Notes under the pieces: model-generated | The model's input: only the letters and a program-made list of their open reading frames with translations | Told to the model about the DNA's origin: nothing | Databases searched by the model: none | Made by a program: the position numbers and the translations under genes | In this document: piece by piece, positions 1 to 9,203 of the stretch | Numbering within the stretch: the stretch's first letter is position 1 | Layout: each line of letters begins with the position of its first letter | Assembly: GCA_043803685.1 (NCBI GenBank) | Contig: JAZDJU010000057.1 | Span: forward strand, 1-45,565 | Origin: Candidatus Omnitrophota bacterium | GTDB lineage: Bacteria > Omnitrophota > Omnitrophia > Omnitrophales > Aquincolibacteriaceae | DNA length: 45,565 nucleotides | Direction of reading: 5' to 3'

Positions 1-133
1 TCCTATACCATTCGGACTCAACTTAATGCGTTAACCAGCACGCGAATATGAGGTTGATGGCACTCGATGGCTCATGCCGGGTTGCTTCGAATCCAAGGCC
101 AACTGCCAAGCTTGACTGGCGGTCATCCATATG

Positions 134-192
134 AGGGGGAACGAGGGGGATTTTTAAAATCTCCCCTAGCCCCTCTTTATAAAAGAGGGGGA
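134..192. repeat. REP-like palindromic element or possible terminator downstream of sulP
   Basis: Two adjacent hairpins: AGGGGGATTTT/AAAATCTCCCCT (144-167) and CCCCTCTTT-ATA-AAAGAGGGG (170-190). Confidence 0.5.
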
Positions 193-225
193 ATCCCAGT
201 GCGAATTTTTCGAACAGAGGCCTGT

Positions 226-1944
226 TTAGGAAGCGGGGATATCTTTTTCTCTGGCGACGGTAGGGACAAAGCTTGCGGGGCGTGGGATTTCAGGAAGACC
301 AAGGATCTTGCGGGCATGGTTCAACGCGTCATCAATATTCCCGAACACATTCTCCTCGCCGATCTCGCTCAAAAGTCCCGAACGTTCCATCGCGATCAAA
401 GGCTGGGTGTGAAGGTCGGAGATGATCAAGGCGATCCCCTTTTTCTTGAAGTTCTTCCGGGCTTCCGTCAAGGTATGAAGTCCTGTCGCGTCAAGAGCGA
501 GAACGTTCCGCATACGGATGATACGGACCTTGGACTTTACGCCGATGTCGTTCATGGCCTCCATGAACTTGTAAGAGGCTCCGAAAAAGAAAGGCCCGTT
601 GATCTCGTACACTTCCGTTTTAGGCGGGATCTGACGCTTGCTGACCGCGTTTGGGTCGTCCGTTTCTTCCTGGTCGCTCAGTTCATTCGTGATCATTCCC
701 ACATTTGTCACCTGCGCCATACGGCGCATAAAAAGGAACATGGCCAGGAAAAGCCCGGCCTGGATCGCCACCGTAAGATCCACAAAGACCGTCAAAAGGA
801 ACGTGGCCAGGAGTACGGCGACATCGCTTTTCGGGCTCCTCAGGATCATCGCGAAGGAGCGGTGTTCGCTCATGTTGTACGCGACCATGATCAGAATGGC
901 CGCAAGACAGGAAAGAGGGACCCAGACGATCCATTTTCCGAGGAAGAACATAATGACAAGGATCACCAGGGCGTGGACCAGTCCCGCCACAGGCGTGCGG
1001 CCCCCGTTATGAACGTTGGTGGCCGTGCGCGCGATGGCGCCGGTAGCTGGGATCCCGCCAAAGAACGGGGACGCGATGTTGGCGATGCCTTGGGCCACAA
1101 GCTCCATATTCGGACGGTGCTTACCGCCGATCATACCGTCCGCCACGACCGCGGAAAGGAGCGATTCCATGCCGGCGAGAATGGCGATCGTGATGGCGCT
1201 TGGCAGGAGCATCCCTAGCGTTTTCCAGTGGATCGCGGGAAGGACCGGGTGCGGCAGGGAATTCGGGATCTCCCCGAAACGACTGCCGATTGTTTCCACG
1301 GGGATCTGAAAATAATGCACGATGAGCGTGGCAGATACAAGCGCGACGAGTGCCGCGGGAATGCGGGCCGAGACTTTTTTCCACAGAATAAGGACCGCGA
1401 GAGAGAAAAGACCGATCCCAAGCGCGGCGGAATCCAGCGTATGAAAAGCACTCGCGTAAGCGCCCCATTTTTCGATGAAAGGCGCGGGCACGGTGTGCAT
1501 CGTCAGGCCCAGGAAGTCGCGGACCTGGGAAGAGAAAATAATAACGGCAATACCGCTTGTGAAACCCACGATCACCGGATACGGGATGAACTTGATGATG
1601 GAGCCGAAGCGGAACACACCCATGAGCACAAGAATGATGCCGCCCATGATCGTCGCGACGAGGAGGCCATCCATGCCGAATTTCTGGATCACGCTGTAGA
1701 TAATGACCACGAACGCGCCTGTCGGCCCGCCGATCTGGACGCGGCTGCCGCCCAGGCCTGAAATGATAAGGCCTGCGATGATGGCCGTGACAAGGCCTTT
1801 GTCGGGGGAGACGCCGGAGGCGATGGCAAAAGCGATCGCGAGCGGGAAAGCGACGATGCCGACGATGATACCCGCCACGGTGTCAGCGCGGCATTGAGCC
1901 CATGAATAATTCCTGAGCGTGGTGAATAACTTCGGTTTTAGCAT
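226..1944 (-). CDS. sulP: SulP/SLC26 anion permease with C-terminal STAS domain
   Basis: 572 aa; motifs ADTVAGIIVGIVAFPLAIAFA, GGSRVQIGGPTGAF, NMELVAQGIAN and TGAIART; STAS-like YEINGPFFFGA...LDATG. Confidence 0.95.
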   Translation of the reverse strand: MLKPKLFTTLRNYSWAQCRADTVAGIIVGIVAFPLAIAFAIASGVSPDKGLVTAIIAGLIISGLGGSRVQIGGPTGAFVVIIYSVIQKFGMDGLLVATIMGGIILVLMGVFRFGSIIKFIPYPVIVGFTSGIAVIIFSSQVRDFLGLTMHTVPAPFIEKWGAYASAFHTLDSAALGIGLFSLAVLILWKKVSARIPAALVALVSATLIVHYFQIPVETIGSRFGEIPNSLPHPVLPAIHWKTLGMLLPSAITIAILAGMESLLSAVVADGMIGGKHRPNMELVAQGIANIASPFFGGIPATGAIARTATNVHNGGRTPVAGLVHALVILVIMFFLGKWIVWVPLSCLAAILIMVAYNMSEHRSFAMILRSPKSDVAVLLATFLLTVFVDLTVAIQAGLFLAMFLFMRRMAQVTNVGMITNELSDQEETDDPNAVSKRQIPPKTEVYEINGPFFFGASYKFMEAMNDIGVKSKVRIIRMRNVLALDATGLHTLTEARKNFKKKGIALIISDLHTQPLIAMERSGLLSEIGEENVFGNIDDALNHARKILGLPEIPRPASFVPTVAREKDIPAS

Positions 1945-2060
1945 TTTGAGACCCCTATAAAAAAATTTAGGAAAGCGGACACCCGTCCATCGTCCAAAAA
2001 AGAGAAAAACTTGAGGCGGGTTCCCCGGAAAATCCTTGGGACTTAGGCGCTACGGGAGGC

Positions 2061-2531
2061 TTAAGCGGCTTCTTCCCAGATATCTCCGCGCCGGCCGATC
2101 TTGATAACACTTTCGATTTTGACCTTGATCACGGCCAGGTGGTTCGTCATTTCCATTTCGTAGTGATTCCGTCTTTTTCCCGTCCGGACCGCTTCGATCA
2201 CCCGGTCGGTGGAAAGCTGTACGAGTTTCGCGTCCCATCCCTTTAAGACGGCGTCAAAAACCGGCCCTTGTTCGAGGATCTGCGCGGTCCCGTTCAAGCG
2301 GTAAGCTTCCAGCGTGTCGAGATCCATGAACGAGACGGAGGCCTTAGGGTTCTCGCGCAGGTTCGTGACGGTTTTTCCGACCACGTAATCGATCAAATAA
2401 AGCCAACTCCCCTTGCCTCGGTAAATGAACTTCGGGACAGAGTTCGGCTGGCCGTCGCGCCCGACAGTCGCGATGGAAACGAATTCTCTTTTTTCGAGTA
2501 TTTCCTGAAGTTTTTCGGTGATCTTGAACAT
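2061..2531 (-). CDS. Pyridoxamine 5'-phosphate oxidase-like FMN-binding protein
   Basis: FVSIATVGRDGQPNSVPK and KTVTNLRENPKASV motifs; start moved to ATG 2531, which follows a GAGG RBS. Confidence 0.85.
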   Translation of the reverse strand: MFKITEKLQEILEKREFVSIATVGRDGQPNSVPKFIYRGKGSWLYLIDYVVGKTVTNLRENPKASVSFMDLDTLEAYRLNGTAQILEQGPVFDAVLKGWDAKLVQLSTDRVIEAVRTGKRRNHYEMEMTNHLAVIKVKIESVIKIGRRGDIWEEAA

Positions 2532-2596
2532 AGGATCCTCTTGGATGAACATTATAGCAAAATCCGGACCGAAAGATGCAAAAGCCGTGCCATTTT

Positions 2597-2708
2597 TAGA
2601 CTACAGACTGCAGACAACAGACAAAAGCTTGTACTGCGGTCTTCGGTCTACAGTCTGTGGTCTCATTTAGAGTTGAGATTTCGCCTTGGGTCTGCGGTCT
2701 TCGGTCTC
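2597..2708. repeat. Heptamer tandem repeats in inverted arrangement (AGACTRC-like / GGTCTWC-like)
   Basis: agactac agactgc agacaac agac ... ggtcttc ggtctac agtctgt ggtct, between two divergent genes. Confidence 0.75.
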
Positions 2709-2720
2709 TATAATGTCGCC

Positions 2721-3869
2721 ATGCGCGGCCTCTATATCCACATTCCTTTTTGTCAGACGCGGTGCTTTTACTGCGATTTCGTGACCACGGCAAAACATTC
2801 CTCACTCCTTCGCTCCCGGTTCTTTGAGGCGATCGCGGCGGAAATAAAACAGGCTCGTGATCGTCACGGTTCTCTTTCATTCGATACGCTCTACTTAGGC
2901 GGAGGGACACCCTCGAGTTTGACTATCCCGGAACTGGAATGCTTGACCGAGTGGGTTCGTTCGGAGTTTCGATTCTCGGAAGGGTTTGAGTTCACCTGTG
3001 AATTTAATCCGGGGGATGGTGACGAGGCGAAGCTCAAGGCGCTTCGCGAGATGGGCGTGAACCGTATCAGTCTGGGTTGCCAGTCTTTTCAGGACACGAT
3101 CCTTAAAAAACTTGGCCGGCGGCACACGGTGAAGGATATCGAAACAGCCATCTCGAACATCCGTCAGGCGGGCATCTCCAACATCAGCTTCGATCTGATG
3201 CTACGTTTGCCGGGCCAGACGGTTGAGGATTTTCGGGATTCCGTGAGGCTCTGTGTCGATCTCGGGGCCTCTCAGGTCTCACTTTACGATCTTGAAGTCC
3301 ATGGAAAGACCCCTTTTGGCGAACTTCAACAAAAAGAAGAACTGGATCTTCCCGCCGAGGAAGAACACGCCCGGATGTATGAAAGCGCGATCGAAATACT
3401 GATCGCCGCGGGCTACGAACATTACGAGATCTCGAACTTCGCGAAGCCGGGGTCAGCGTCCCGGCACAATCTTCTTTACTGGCACAATCAGGAATATCTG
3501 GGCCTGGGCCCGGGGGCTTTTACCTATTTGAACGGAGTCCGCTCGCAGTTCGCACCCGGTCTTGCGCGGTATCTTGAAAAATGTGAGGCCAAGGATTGGG
3601 CGAATGATGTCGAGGACCCTCTTTCAGCGGAGGAACAAGAGACCGAAACATTTATCACGGGCCTTCGACTCTGCGAAGGTGTTGTGCCTGCCGATTTCAG
3701 GCGGATCTATCCGCGTTTTAAAGACCGGCTTAAAACACTTTATGACGAAGGGCTTCTGGAAGTTTGCGAGAAAAACAGCCGCCTGACGGCCCGGGGAAAG
3801 TTCCTCGCGGAAGATGTTTTTTCATATTTGCTCCGGAAAGACAATTCTTTCGGGGCGGTTCTTTTGTGA
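2721..3869 (+). CDS. hemW: Radical SAM heme chaperone HemW (HemN-like)
   Basis: LYIHIPFCQTRCFYCDF, YLGGGTPS, GVNRISLG, YEISNFA and HNLLYW motifs; true start at ATG 2721 rather than 2268. Confidence 0.92.
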   Translation: MRGLYIHIPFCQTRCFYCDFVTTAKHSSLLRSRFFEAIAAEIKQARDRHGSLSFDTLYLGGGTPSSLTIPELECLTEWVRSEFRFSEGFEFTCEFNPGDGDEAKLKALREMGVNRISLGCQSFQDTILKKLGRRHTVKDIETAISNIRQAGISNISFDLMLRLPGQTVEDFRDSVRLCVDLGASQVSLYDLEVHGKTPFGELQQKEELDLPAEEEHARMYESAIEILIAAGYEHYEISNFAKPGSASRHNLLYWHNQEYLGLGPGAFTYLNGVRSQFAPGLARYLEKCEAKDWANDVEDPLSAEEQETETFITGLRLCEGVVPADFRRIYPRFKDRLKTLYDEGLLEVCEKNSRLTARGKFLAEDVFSYLLRKDNSFGAVLL

Positions 3870-3923
3870 TAAAATGAATTCCTCAGGGTTTGTTACCAGC
3901 TTAGCAAGCTAAGGAGGTCCTCA

Positions 3924-4592
3924 ATGAAACGCTTTCGAAAAATTCTCGCGGCGGTTATATTTTTTTCTTTTGGGGCAGCGTTTCCTGTCTATGCCGCCGA
4001 GACAAACGACTCTTTACTGAAGGCTCTTGGATTTCCATCAAGAGCGGAAAGCATTGCTTCTAAAAATCTGCAAACTGCGTTGGCCCAGGAAAGCAAGGAT
4101 CAAGCCCAATATCTCGCCTTTGCTGACAAGGCGGACGAAGAAGGGCAGCCGGAGAACGGGAAGGTCTTTAGAGCTCTCGCTCGCGCCAAGCAATCCCTTC
4201 TGGACTATATGGGCAAAAGCCTTAAGACGGTTAGAGACAACCCGGAGGTGGCGACCGAGGCACCCATCGTAAAAAATACCGCGGAGAACCTGAAAAGCGC
4301 CATGGACAGTGAGCTCTATAAAAGCACAGAGATGTACCCGGGTTTTCTAGCGCAAAACCCGTCGGATATTCCCAAGGAAGTCGCGGATGTTTTTAAGTTA
4401 GCCCAAAGGATCGATGCCTCTCATGCGGGTTTACTTCAAGAGATCCTTGCAACCGATCCTGCTAAAATCCCAGTGTCTGCTTATAACATTTGTACGGCGT
4501 GCGGTTATGTATTTCTGGAATGGGCCGAGGTCGATACCTGTCCCATTTGTGGCGCCAGTAAGGAAAAATTAAAGAACATCGTTAAGGAATAG
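3924..4592 (+). CDS. Rubrerythrin-like protein with signal peptide and C-terminal rubredoxin-like CxxC...CxxC
   Basis: AGGAGG RBS; signal peptide ending VYA; NLQTALAQES..YLAFADKADEEG, TAENLKSA..E...MYP, CTACGY...CPICG. Confidence 0.8.
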   Translation: MKRFRKILAAVIFFSFGAAFPVYAAETNDSLLKALGFPSRAESIASKNLQTALAQESKDQAQYLAFADKADEEGQPENGKVFRALARAKQSLLDYMGKSLKTVRDNPEVATEAPIVKNTAENLKSAMDSELYKSTEMYPGFLAQNPSDIPKEVADVFKLAQRIDASHAGLLQEILATDPAKIPVSAYNICTACGYVFLEWAEVDTCPICGASKEKLKNIVKE

Positions 4593-4603
4593 CGCGGACA
4601 AAG

Positions 4604-4642
4604 AAAAAGGCCCGTTCCCTGAGTGGGAGCGGGCCTTTTTTT
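4604..4642. terminator. Bidirectional intrinsic terminator
   Basis: AAAAAGGCCCGTTCCC-loop-GGGAGCGGGCCTTTTTTT between convergent genes. Confidence 0.9.
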
Positions 4643-4656
4643 GTGTCTGGAAGGAT

Positions 4657-5406
4657 CTATTTCTTGGCTTTTCCCTGGTTGGCCACGGCGTCCATCGCGG
4701 CCTTGATTTTTTCGGGATCGCCGAGGTAATAATGCTTGATCGGCTTCAGGTTCTCATCGAGCTCATAAACGAGCGGAATGCCCGTCGGGATGTTCATGCC
4801 GAGGATCTCCTGCTCCGAGATGTTGTCGAGATACTTCACAAGCGCGCGAAGGCTGTTGCCGTGCGCCGCGATCAGGACCTTTTTCCCCGCCTTGATCATC
4901 GGGGACACCACGTCATGCCAGAAGGGAAGGACGCGCGCGACGGTGTCCTTGAGACATTCCGTGAGCGGAAGATCGCTTTTTCTGAAACTCTGGTAACGGG
5001 GGTCTTTGGCCGGATTCCTCGGATCGCTTTCCTCGAGAGCGGGTGGCGGGACATCGTAGCTACGGCGCCAGATCTTGACCTGGTCTTCGCCGTATTTGGC
5101 CGCAGTTTCGGATTTGTTCAGCCCTTGCAGGGAACCGTAGTGCCGTTCGTTCAGGCGCCAGTCCCGCAGGACCGGGATCCACATGAGGTCCATCTGGTCG
5201 AGGACGATCCAGAGCGTTCGGATCGCGCGCTTGAGGACCGAGGTAAAGGCGACATCAAAAACGTAGCCTTCTTTTTTAAGAAGCTGGCCGCCTTCTTTGG
5301 CTTCTCCCAAGCCCTTTTCCGAAAGATCCACGTCATACCAGCCCGTGAACCGGTTCTCCTTGTTCCAGATACTTTCTCCGTGGCGGATCAAAACGAGTTT
5401 GTACAT
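4657..5406 (-). CDS. gpmA: 2,3-bisphosphoglycerate-dependent phosphoglycerate mutase
   Basis: [35 protein letters not shown] and [10 protein letters not shown] motifs. Confidence 0.97.
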   Translation of the reverse strand: MYKLVLIRHGESIWNKENRFTGWYDVDLSEKGLGEAKEGGQLLKKEGYVFDVAFTSVLKRAIRTLWIVLDQMDLMWIPVLRDWRLNERHYGSLQGLNKSETAAKYGEDQVKIWRRSYDVPPPALEESDPRNPAKDPRYQSFRKSDLPLTECLKDTVARVLPFWHDVVSPMIKAGKKVLIAAHGNSLRALVKYLDNISEQEILGMNIPTGIPLVYELDENLKPIKHYYLGDPEKIKAAMDAVANQGKAKK

Positions 5407-5541
5407 ATCAGGTGTCTCCTCATGGCAGGGTTGATGGATAACGGGTAACAGGGGGGAAATATATCAGCTGCAGGCCGGAAATCAAAGACCAAAAACACCC
5501 ATTGACCCAGAGGCCGCAATCTTTATAATTAACCCCTCTTG

Positions 5542-5597
5542 AGCGGTAAGTGATAAGCGATAGGTGGTAAGTCGTTACGCTTAACGCCTCTTACTTA
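5542..5597. repeat. Heptamer tandem/inverted repeat (AGCGRTA-like) upstream of tRNA
   Basis: agcggta agtgata agcgata ggtggta agt followed by complementary ttacgct taacgcc/ttactta; same unit family as 21552-21632. Confidence 0.65.
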
Positions 5598-5621
5598 AGG
5601 TGTATTCTTAAAGACATTCAT

Positions 5622-5694
5622 TCCCCTGTAGCTCAGCTGGTAGAGCATGCGGCTGTTAACCGCAGTGTCCCTGGTTCGATCCCAGGCGGGGGAG
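5622..5694 (+). tRNA. tRNA-Asn (GTT), CCA not encoded
   Basis: Acceptor TCCCCTG/CGGGGGA, D arm GCTC..GAGC, anticodon arm TGCGG-CTGTTAA-CCGCA, T arm CCTGG-TTCGATC-CCAGG. Confidence 0.97.
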
Positions 5695-5702
5695 CTTTTC
5701 AC

Positions 5703-5744
5703 AGAACCCACTTAGCCGTAAAAGGTTAAGTGGGTTCTTTTTTT
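5703..5744 (+). terminator. Intrinsic terminator after tRNA-Asn
   Basis: AGAACCCACTTAGCC-loop-GGTTAAGTGGGTTCT followed by a T run. Confidence 0.85.
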
Positions 5745-5965
5745 GCCATCCTTTCAATCCCGGCTCTTAGTTTTACGGCATGGAAATCCCTGATTTTTTT
5801 GATCCTAATATTCCCAAACAACCTGTCTCGAGTTTGTCGCAGGACCCCACGCTCTAACATCAACAGGATGAACATCCCGCCGCACTCTATTCCTTCCTTC
5901 TCACAGCGCCCCCTTAGCGGTATCATCTGTGCAATGCTCGCGAGGATTGAACAAGGAGAAATTTT

Positions 5966-7735
5966 ATGAAAACATCTCATGCGTTCAAAAATTTCTGTTT
6001 AGTCTTTTTAATAGGCCTGTGGGTCCTTCCTTTAGCGGGGTACTCGGAAAATGATGCCGGACAGAAAAGCCAGCTCGAAGGCTACCCGATCGCCACGGAC
6101 GTTTTTACGACGCTCGAGAGGACGGTGGTGCCGGGCCCCAAACCTGCGTCGCCGATCCATCTTGATGAGGTTTCAAAATATAAGCCATACGGCTATGGCG
6201 ATTGGACGTTTGGCGGACCTCTTAGATCCGTTGTGCGAACCGATATCATGCCGGCTCTTTATGACGGAACAGCCGTCACTAAAAAAGAAAAACTTTTAAC
6301 ATTTTTTACGATATCCGACATTCATATCACGGACAAAGAGTCTCCTTCCCAGCTGATCTATCTTCAACGCCTGCACGAAACATTGCCGGTGGGTGCCGCG
6401 CTCTATTCAGGCATTATGCCGTATACGACACACGTGCTCGACGCTGCCGTTCAGACGATCAACGCGCTTCACAAAAAAACCCCGTTCGATTTCGGCATCT
6501 CGTTGGGGGATACGTGCAATAACACACAGTACAACGAGTTAAGGTGGTATATCGATGTTCTTGATGGCAAGGATATTACCCCAAGTTCCGGGGCTCATCA
6601 CGGAGCCGATACTATTGATTATCAGAAGCCTTACAAAGCGGCAGGGCTTGATAAGACGATCTCTTGGTATCAGGCTCTCGGCAACCACGATCATTTTTGG
6701 ATGGGTTCGATCCCTGTGAATGATTTTCTCCGGCAGTCCTACACGAGCGATACGGTTTTGGCCGCGGGAGATGTTCTCGCGGATCCTCGAAAAATAAACA
6801 GCCCCGATTACTATATGGGCGTTCTCGATGGTTTGACTCCGTACGGTGATATTAAGGATGCCGGCCCTGTCGCGGATTTCGAAAGTCCTCCCAAGGTTGC
6901 GGCAGATCCGGATCGCCGCTCACTTTTGAGAACGGAGTGGATGAAAGAATTTTTTAAAACGTCTTCCAATCCGGTGGGCCACGGGTTCAACCTGGCCGAC
7001 GCCAGCAAGGGTTTTGCCTGTTATAGCTTTGTCCCAAAGGCGACAGTGCCGATCAAGGTGATTGTCCTTGACGATACTCAGAGGGAAGATGACGGCTCTG
7101 CTGACATCCATGGGCATGGTTTTCTTGACGCGGCACGTTGGGACTGGCTTAAAAAAGAACTTGCGGCTGGCGATGCGGCGGGCCAACTCATGATCATCAC
7201 GGCGCACGTCCCGATCAACGTCGAAGTGACTGGGCCCAGGTCCGAGATGGGTTGGTGGCCGGATCCTAAAAATGCCGTCACTCTGCCGGATCTGATCGCG
7301 GAACTGCAAAGCCATCCGAATTTGATCCTGTGGATCTCGGGGCATCGCCATTTAAATATCGTCAAAGCGTTTATATCGCCTGATCCGGTCAATGCCCCCG
7401 AAAAAGGATTCTGGCAGGTTGAAACATCCTCCTTGAGGGATTTTCCTCAACAGTTCCGTACTTTTGAGATCTACCTTAATAGCGACCATACCATTTCGAT
7501 CGTTACGACCGACGTTGATCCTGCTGTCCAAGACGGAACACTTGCCGCAACATCGCGTTCCCGCGCCGTTGCGACAGCGCAGATCGTGGGCGCTGATTTC
7601 AATAATTATAATCCCACACAGGATCCCACGATCAAGCCGACGCCTGAGGGCTCCTACAACGCGGAGCTTGTCAAACCCTTGAGTTCCGAAATGCGGATGC
7701 GGATGCAAAGCTACGGGAAACAAATAAAACCCTAG
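5966..7735 (+). CDS. Exported calcineurin-like metallophosphoesterase (TIGR03768/RPA4764-like)
   Basis: Signal peptide; SDIHITDKESP, LGDTCN, LGNHDH, TAHVP, SGHRH and ETSSLRDFPQQFR motifs. Confidence 0.85.
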   Translation: MKTSHAFKNFCLVFLIGLWVLPLAGYSENDAGQKSQLEGYPIATDVFTTLERTVVPGPKPASPIHLDEVSKYKPYGYGDWTFGGPLRSVVRTDIMPALYDGTAVTKKEKLLTFFTISDIHITDKESPSQLIYLQRLHETLPVGAALYSGIMPYTTHVLDAAVQTINALHKKTPFDFGISLGDTCNNTQYNELRWYIDVLDGKDITPSSGAHHGADTIDYQKPYKAAGLDKTISWYQALGNHDHFWMGSIPVNDFLRQSYTSDTVLAAGDVLADPRKINSPDYYMGVLDGLTPYGDIKDAGPVADFESPPKVAADPDRRSLLRTEWMKEFFKTSSNPVGHGFNLADASKGFACYSFVPKATVPIKVIVLDDTQREDDGSADIHGHGFLDAARWDWLKKELAAGDAAGQLMIITAHVPINVEVTGPRSEMGWWPDPKNAVTLPDLIAELQSHPNLILWISGHRHLNIVKAFISPDPVNAPEKGFWQVETSSLRDFPQQFRTFEIYLNSDHTISIVTTDVDPAVQDGTLAATSRSRAVATAQIVGADFNNYNPTQDPTIKPTPEGSYNAELVKPLSSEMRMRMQSYGKQIKP

Positions 7736-7763
7736 GCGTTTTTCACACAAGAGGAACTGAATT

Positions 7764-8750
7764 ATGAAGAAGTTAGCTTTGAAGTGTATTTTCGTTTTAC
7801 TTTTGGTGGCAAATACCGCTTTCGCTGCCGATCCTCTGCCATCCTGGAACGACACGGCGCCGAAGAAGGCGATCATCGCTTTTGTCGAGGAAGTCACTCG
7901 GGAAGGCTCGCCGGATTTTGTGTCGCAGTCCGAGCGGATCGCCACTTTCGACAATGACGGCACGCTTTGGGCGGAGCAGCCGATCTATTTTCAGTACACC
8001 TTTATCTTTGACCGCATCAGGGCTCTCGCGCCACAACATCCGGAGTGGACAAATAAGGAGCCCTTCGCTTCTGTGCTCAAAGGCGACTTTAAATCCGCGT
8101 TGGCGGGTGGCGATCTCGCGCTCCTGGAAATGATGACGGCCACGCAGTCGGGGATGACCACGGATGAATATGAAAAAGCCGTTAAAGACTGGATCGCCAC
8201 CGCAAAGCATCCCCAGACCGGGCGGCTCTACACGGAGATGGTCTATCAGCCCATGCTCGAACTCCTGGCCTATTTGCGCGCGAACGGCTTTAAGACCTTC
8301 ATTGTCTCCGGCGGCGGTATTGAATTTATGCGCGCCTGGGCGGAAAAGGTCTATGGCATTGTGCCCGAACAGGTCGTCGGGAGCAGCATCAAGACGGCCT
8401 TTGAGCTTCGTGGCGGCATTCCTGTCTTAATAGGCATGCCGGAGTCGGACTTCATCGACGACGGACCCGGCAAGCCCGTTGGCATCCAGTCCCACATCGG
8501 CCGTCGTCCGATCGCTTCCTTCGGCAATTCCGATGGCGACCTGCAAATGATGCAATGGACTGCCGCTGGCAGCGGCCCCCGGTTTTGTCTTTATGTGCAC
8601 CATACGGATGCCAAGCGTGAGTGGGCTTATGACCGCAAATCGTTCGTCGGCCATTTCGACAAGGGTCTCGACGAAGCCTTGGCTAAGGGCTGGACGGTTG
8701 TGAGCATGAAGGACGATTGGAAGATCGTCTACCCTTTTGAGAAGGGTTAA
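7764..8750 (+). CDS. Exported HAD-superfamily hydrolase (nonspecific acid phosphatase-like)
   Basis: Signal peptide ending AFA; DPLPSWND, FDNDGTLW, IVSGGG and FGNSDGD motifs. Confidence 0.9.
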   Translation: MKKLALKCIFVLLLVANTAFAADPLPSWNDTAPKKAIIAFVEEVTREGSPDFVSQSERIATFDNDGTLWAEQPIYFQYTFIFDRIRALAPQHPEWTNKEPFASVLKGDFKSALAGGDLALLEMMTATQSGMTTDEYEKAVKDWIATAKHPQTGRLYTEMVYQPMLELLAYLRANGFKTFIVSGGGIEFMRAWAEKVYGIVPEQVVGSSIKTAFELRGGIPVLIGMPESDFIDDGPGKPVGIQSHIGRRPIASFGNSDGDLQMMQWTAAGSGPRFCLYVHHTDAKREWAYDRKSFVGHFDKGLDEALAKGWTVVSMKDDWKIVYPFEKG

Positions 8751-8924
8751 AGCCAAGCAATCATTGATTTCAATAAAGCCCCAAAAATCCGTATCCCGGG
8801 GAGGGTCCTTCTGGGTATTTCTATCATCCGCATAGACACACCGCGCTGTATCTTTCTCTGGATTGAAATATAGGGGGAGTCTATACTACGCCGCAATAAG
8901 CGCCATTCACTGAAAGGATTTGAT

Positions 8925-9203
8925 ATGCATCTATCGGAAGCAAAATGGGGTAATGATCCCTCCGTGGCTTTAAAGATCCTGCTCGGGAAGTGGTTCTTTT
9001 TGATTTACTCGATCGTTTACGCCGGGTTTATCATCATTAACGTCGTAAGCCCATCGTTTATGGGGATCGACGTCGGTAGTTTTAATGTGGCGATCGTGTA
9101 TGGATTCGGGTTGATCCTTTTCGCGGTCTTATTGGCGGCGGCTTATAACCATATCTGTACTTTGGCTGAGGAAATATTGCAAGAAAAGGGGCAAGCCTCA
9201 TGA
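8925..9203 (+). CDS. DUF485 (YjcH-like) small membrane protein, partner of ActP
   Basis: 92 aa with two hydrophobic helices; ATGA overlap with the downstream symporter. Confidence 0.8.
   Translation: MHLSEAKWGNDPSVALKILLGKWFFLIYSIVYAGFIIINVVSPSFMGIDVGSFNVAIVYGFGLILFAVLLAAAYNHICTLAEEILQEKGQAS

Noticed and set aside
1..130. Possible IS or MITE end at the window start
   Set aside because: No matching inverted terminus or transposase is visible.
67..1761. Plus-strand ORFs of 383 aa and 177 aa
   Set aside because: They are antisense shadows of sulP.
2268..2720. N-terminal extension of the hemW ORF
   Set aside because: It overlaps the opposite-strand gene and the heptamer repeats; family similarity begins at ATG 2721.
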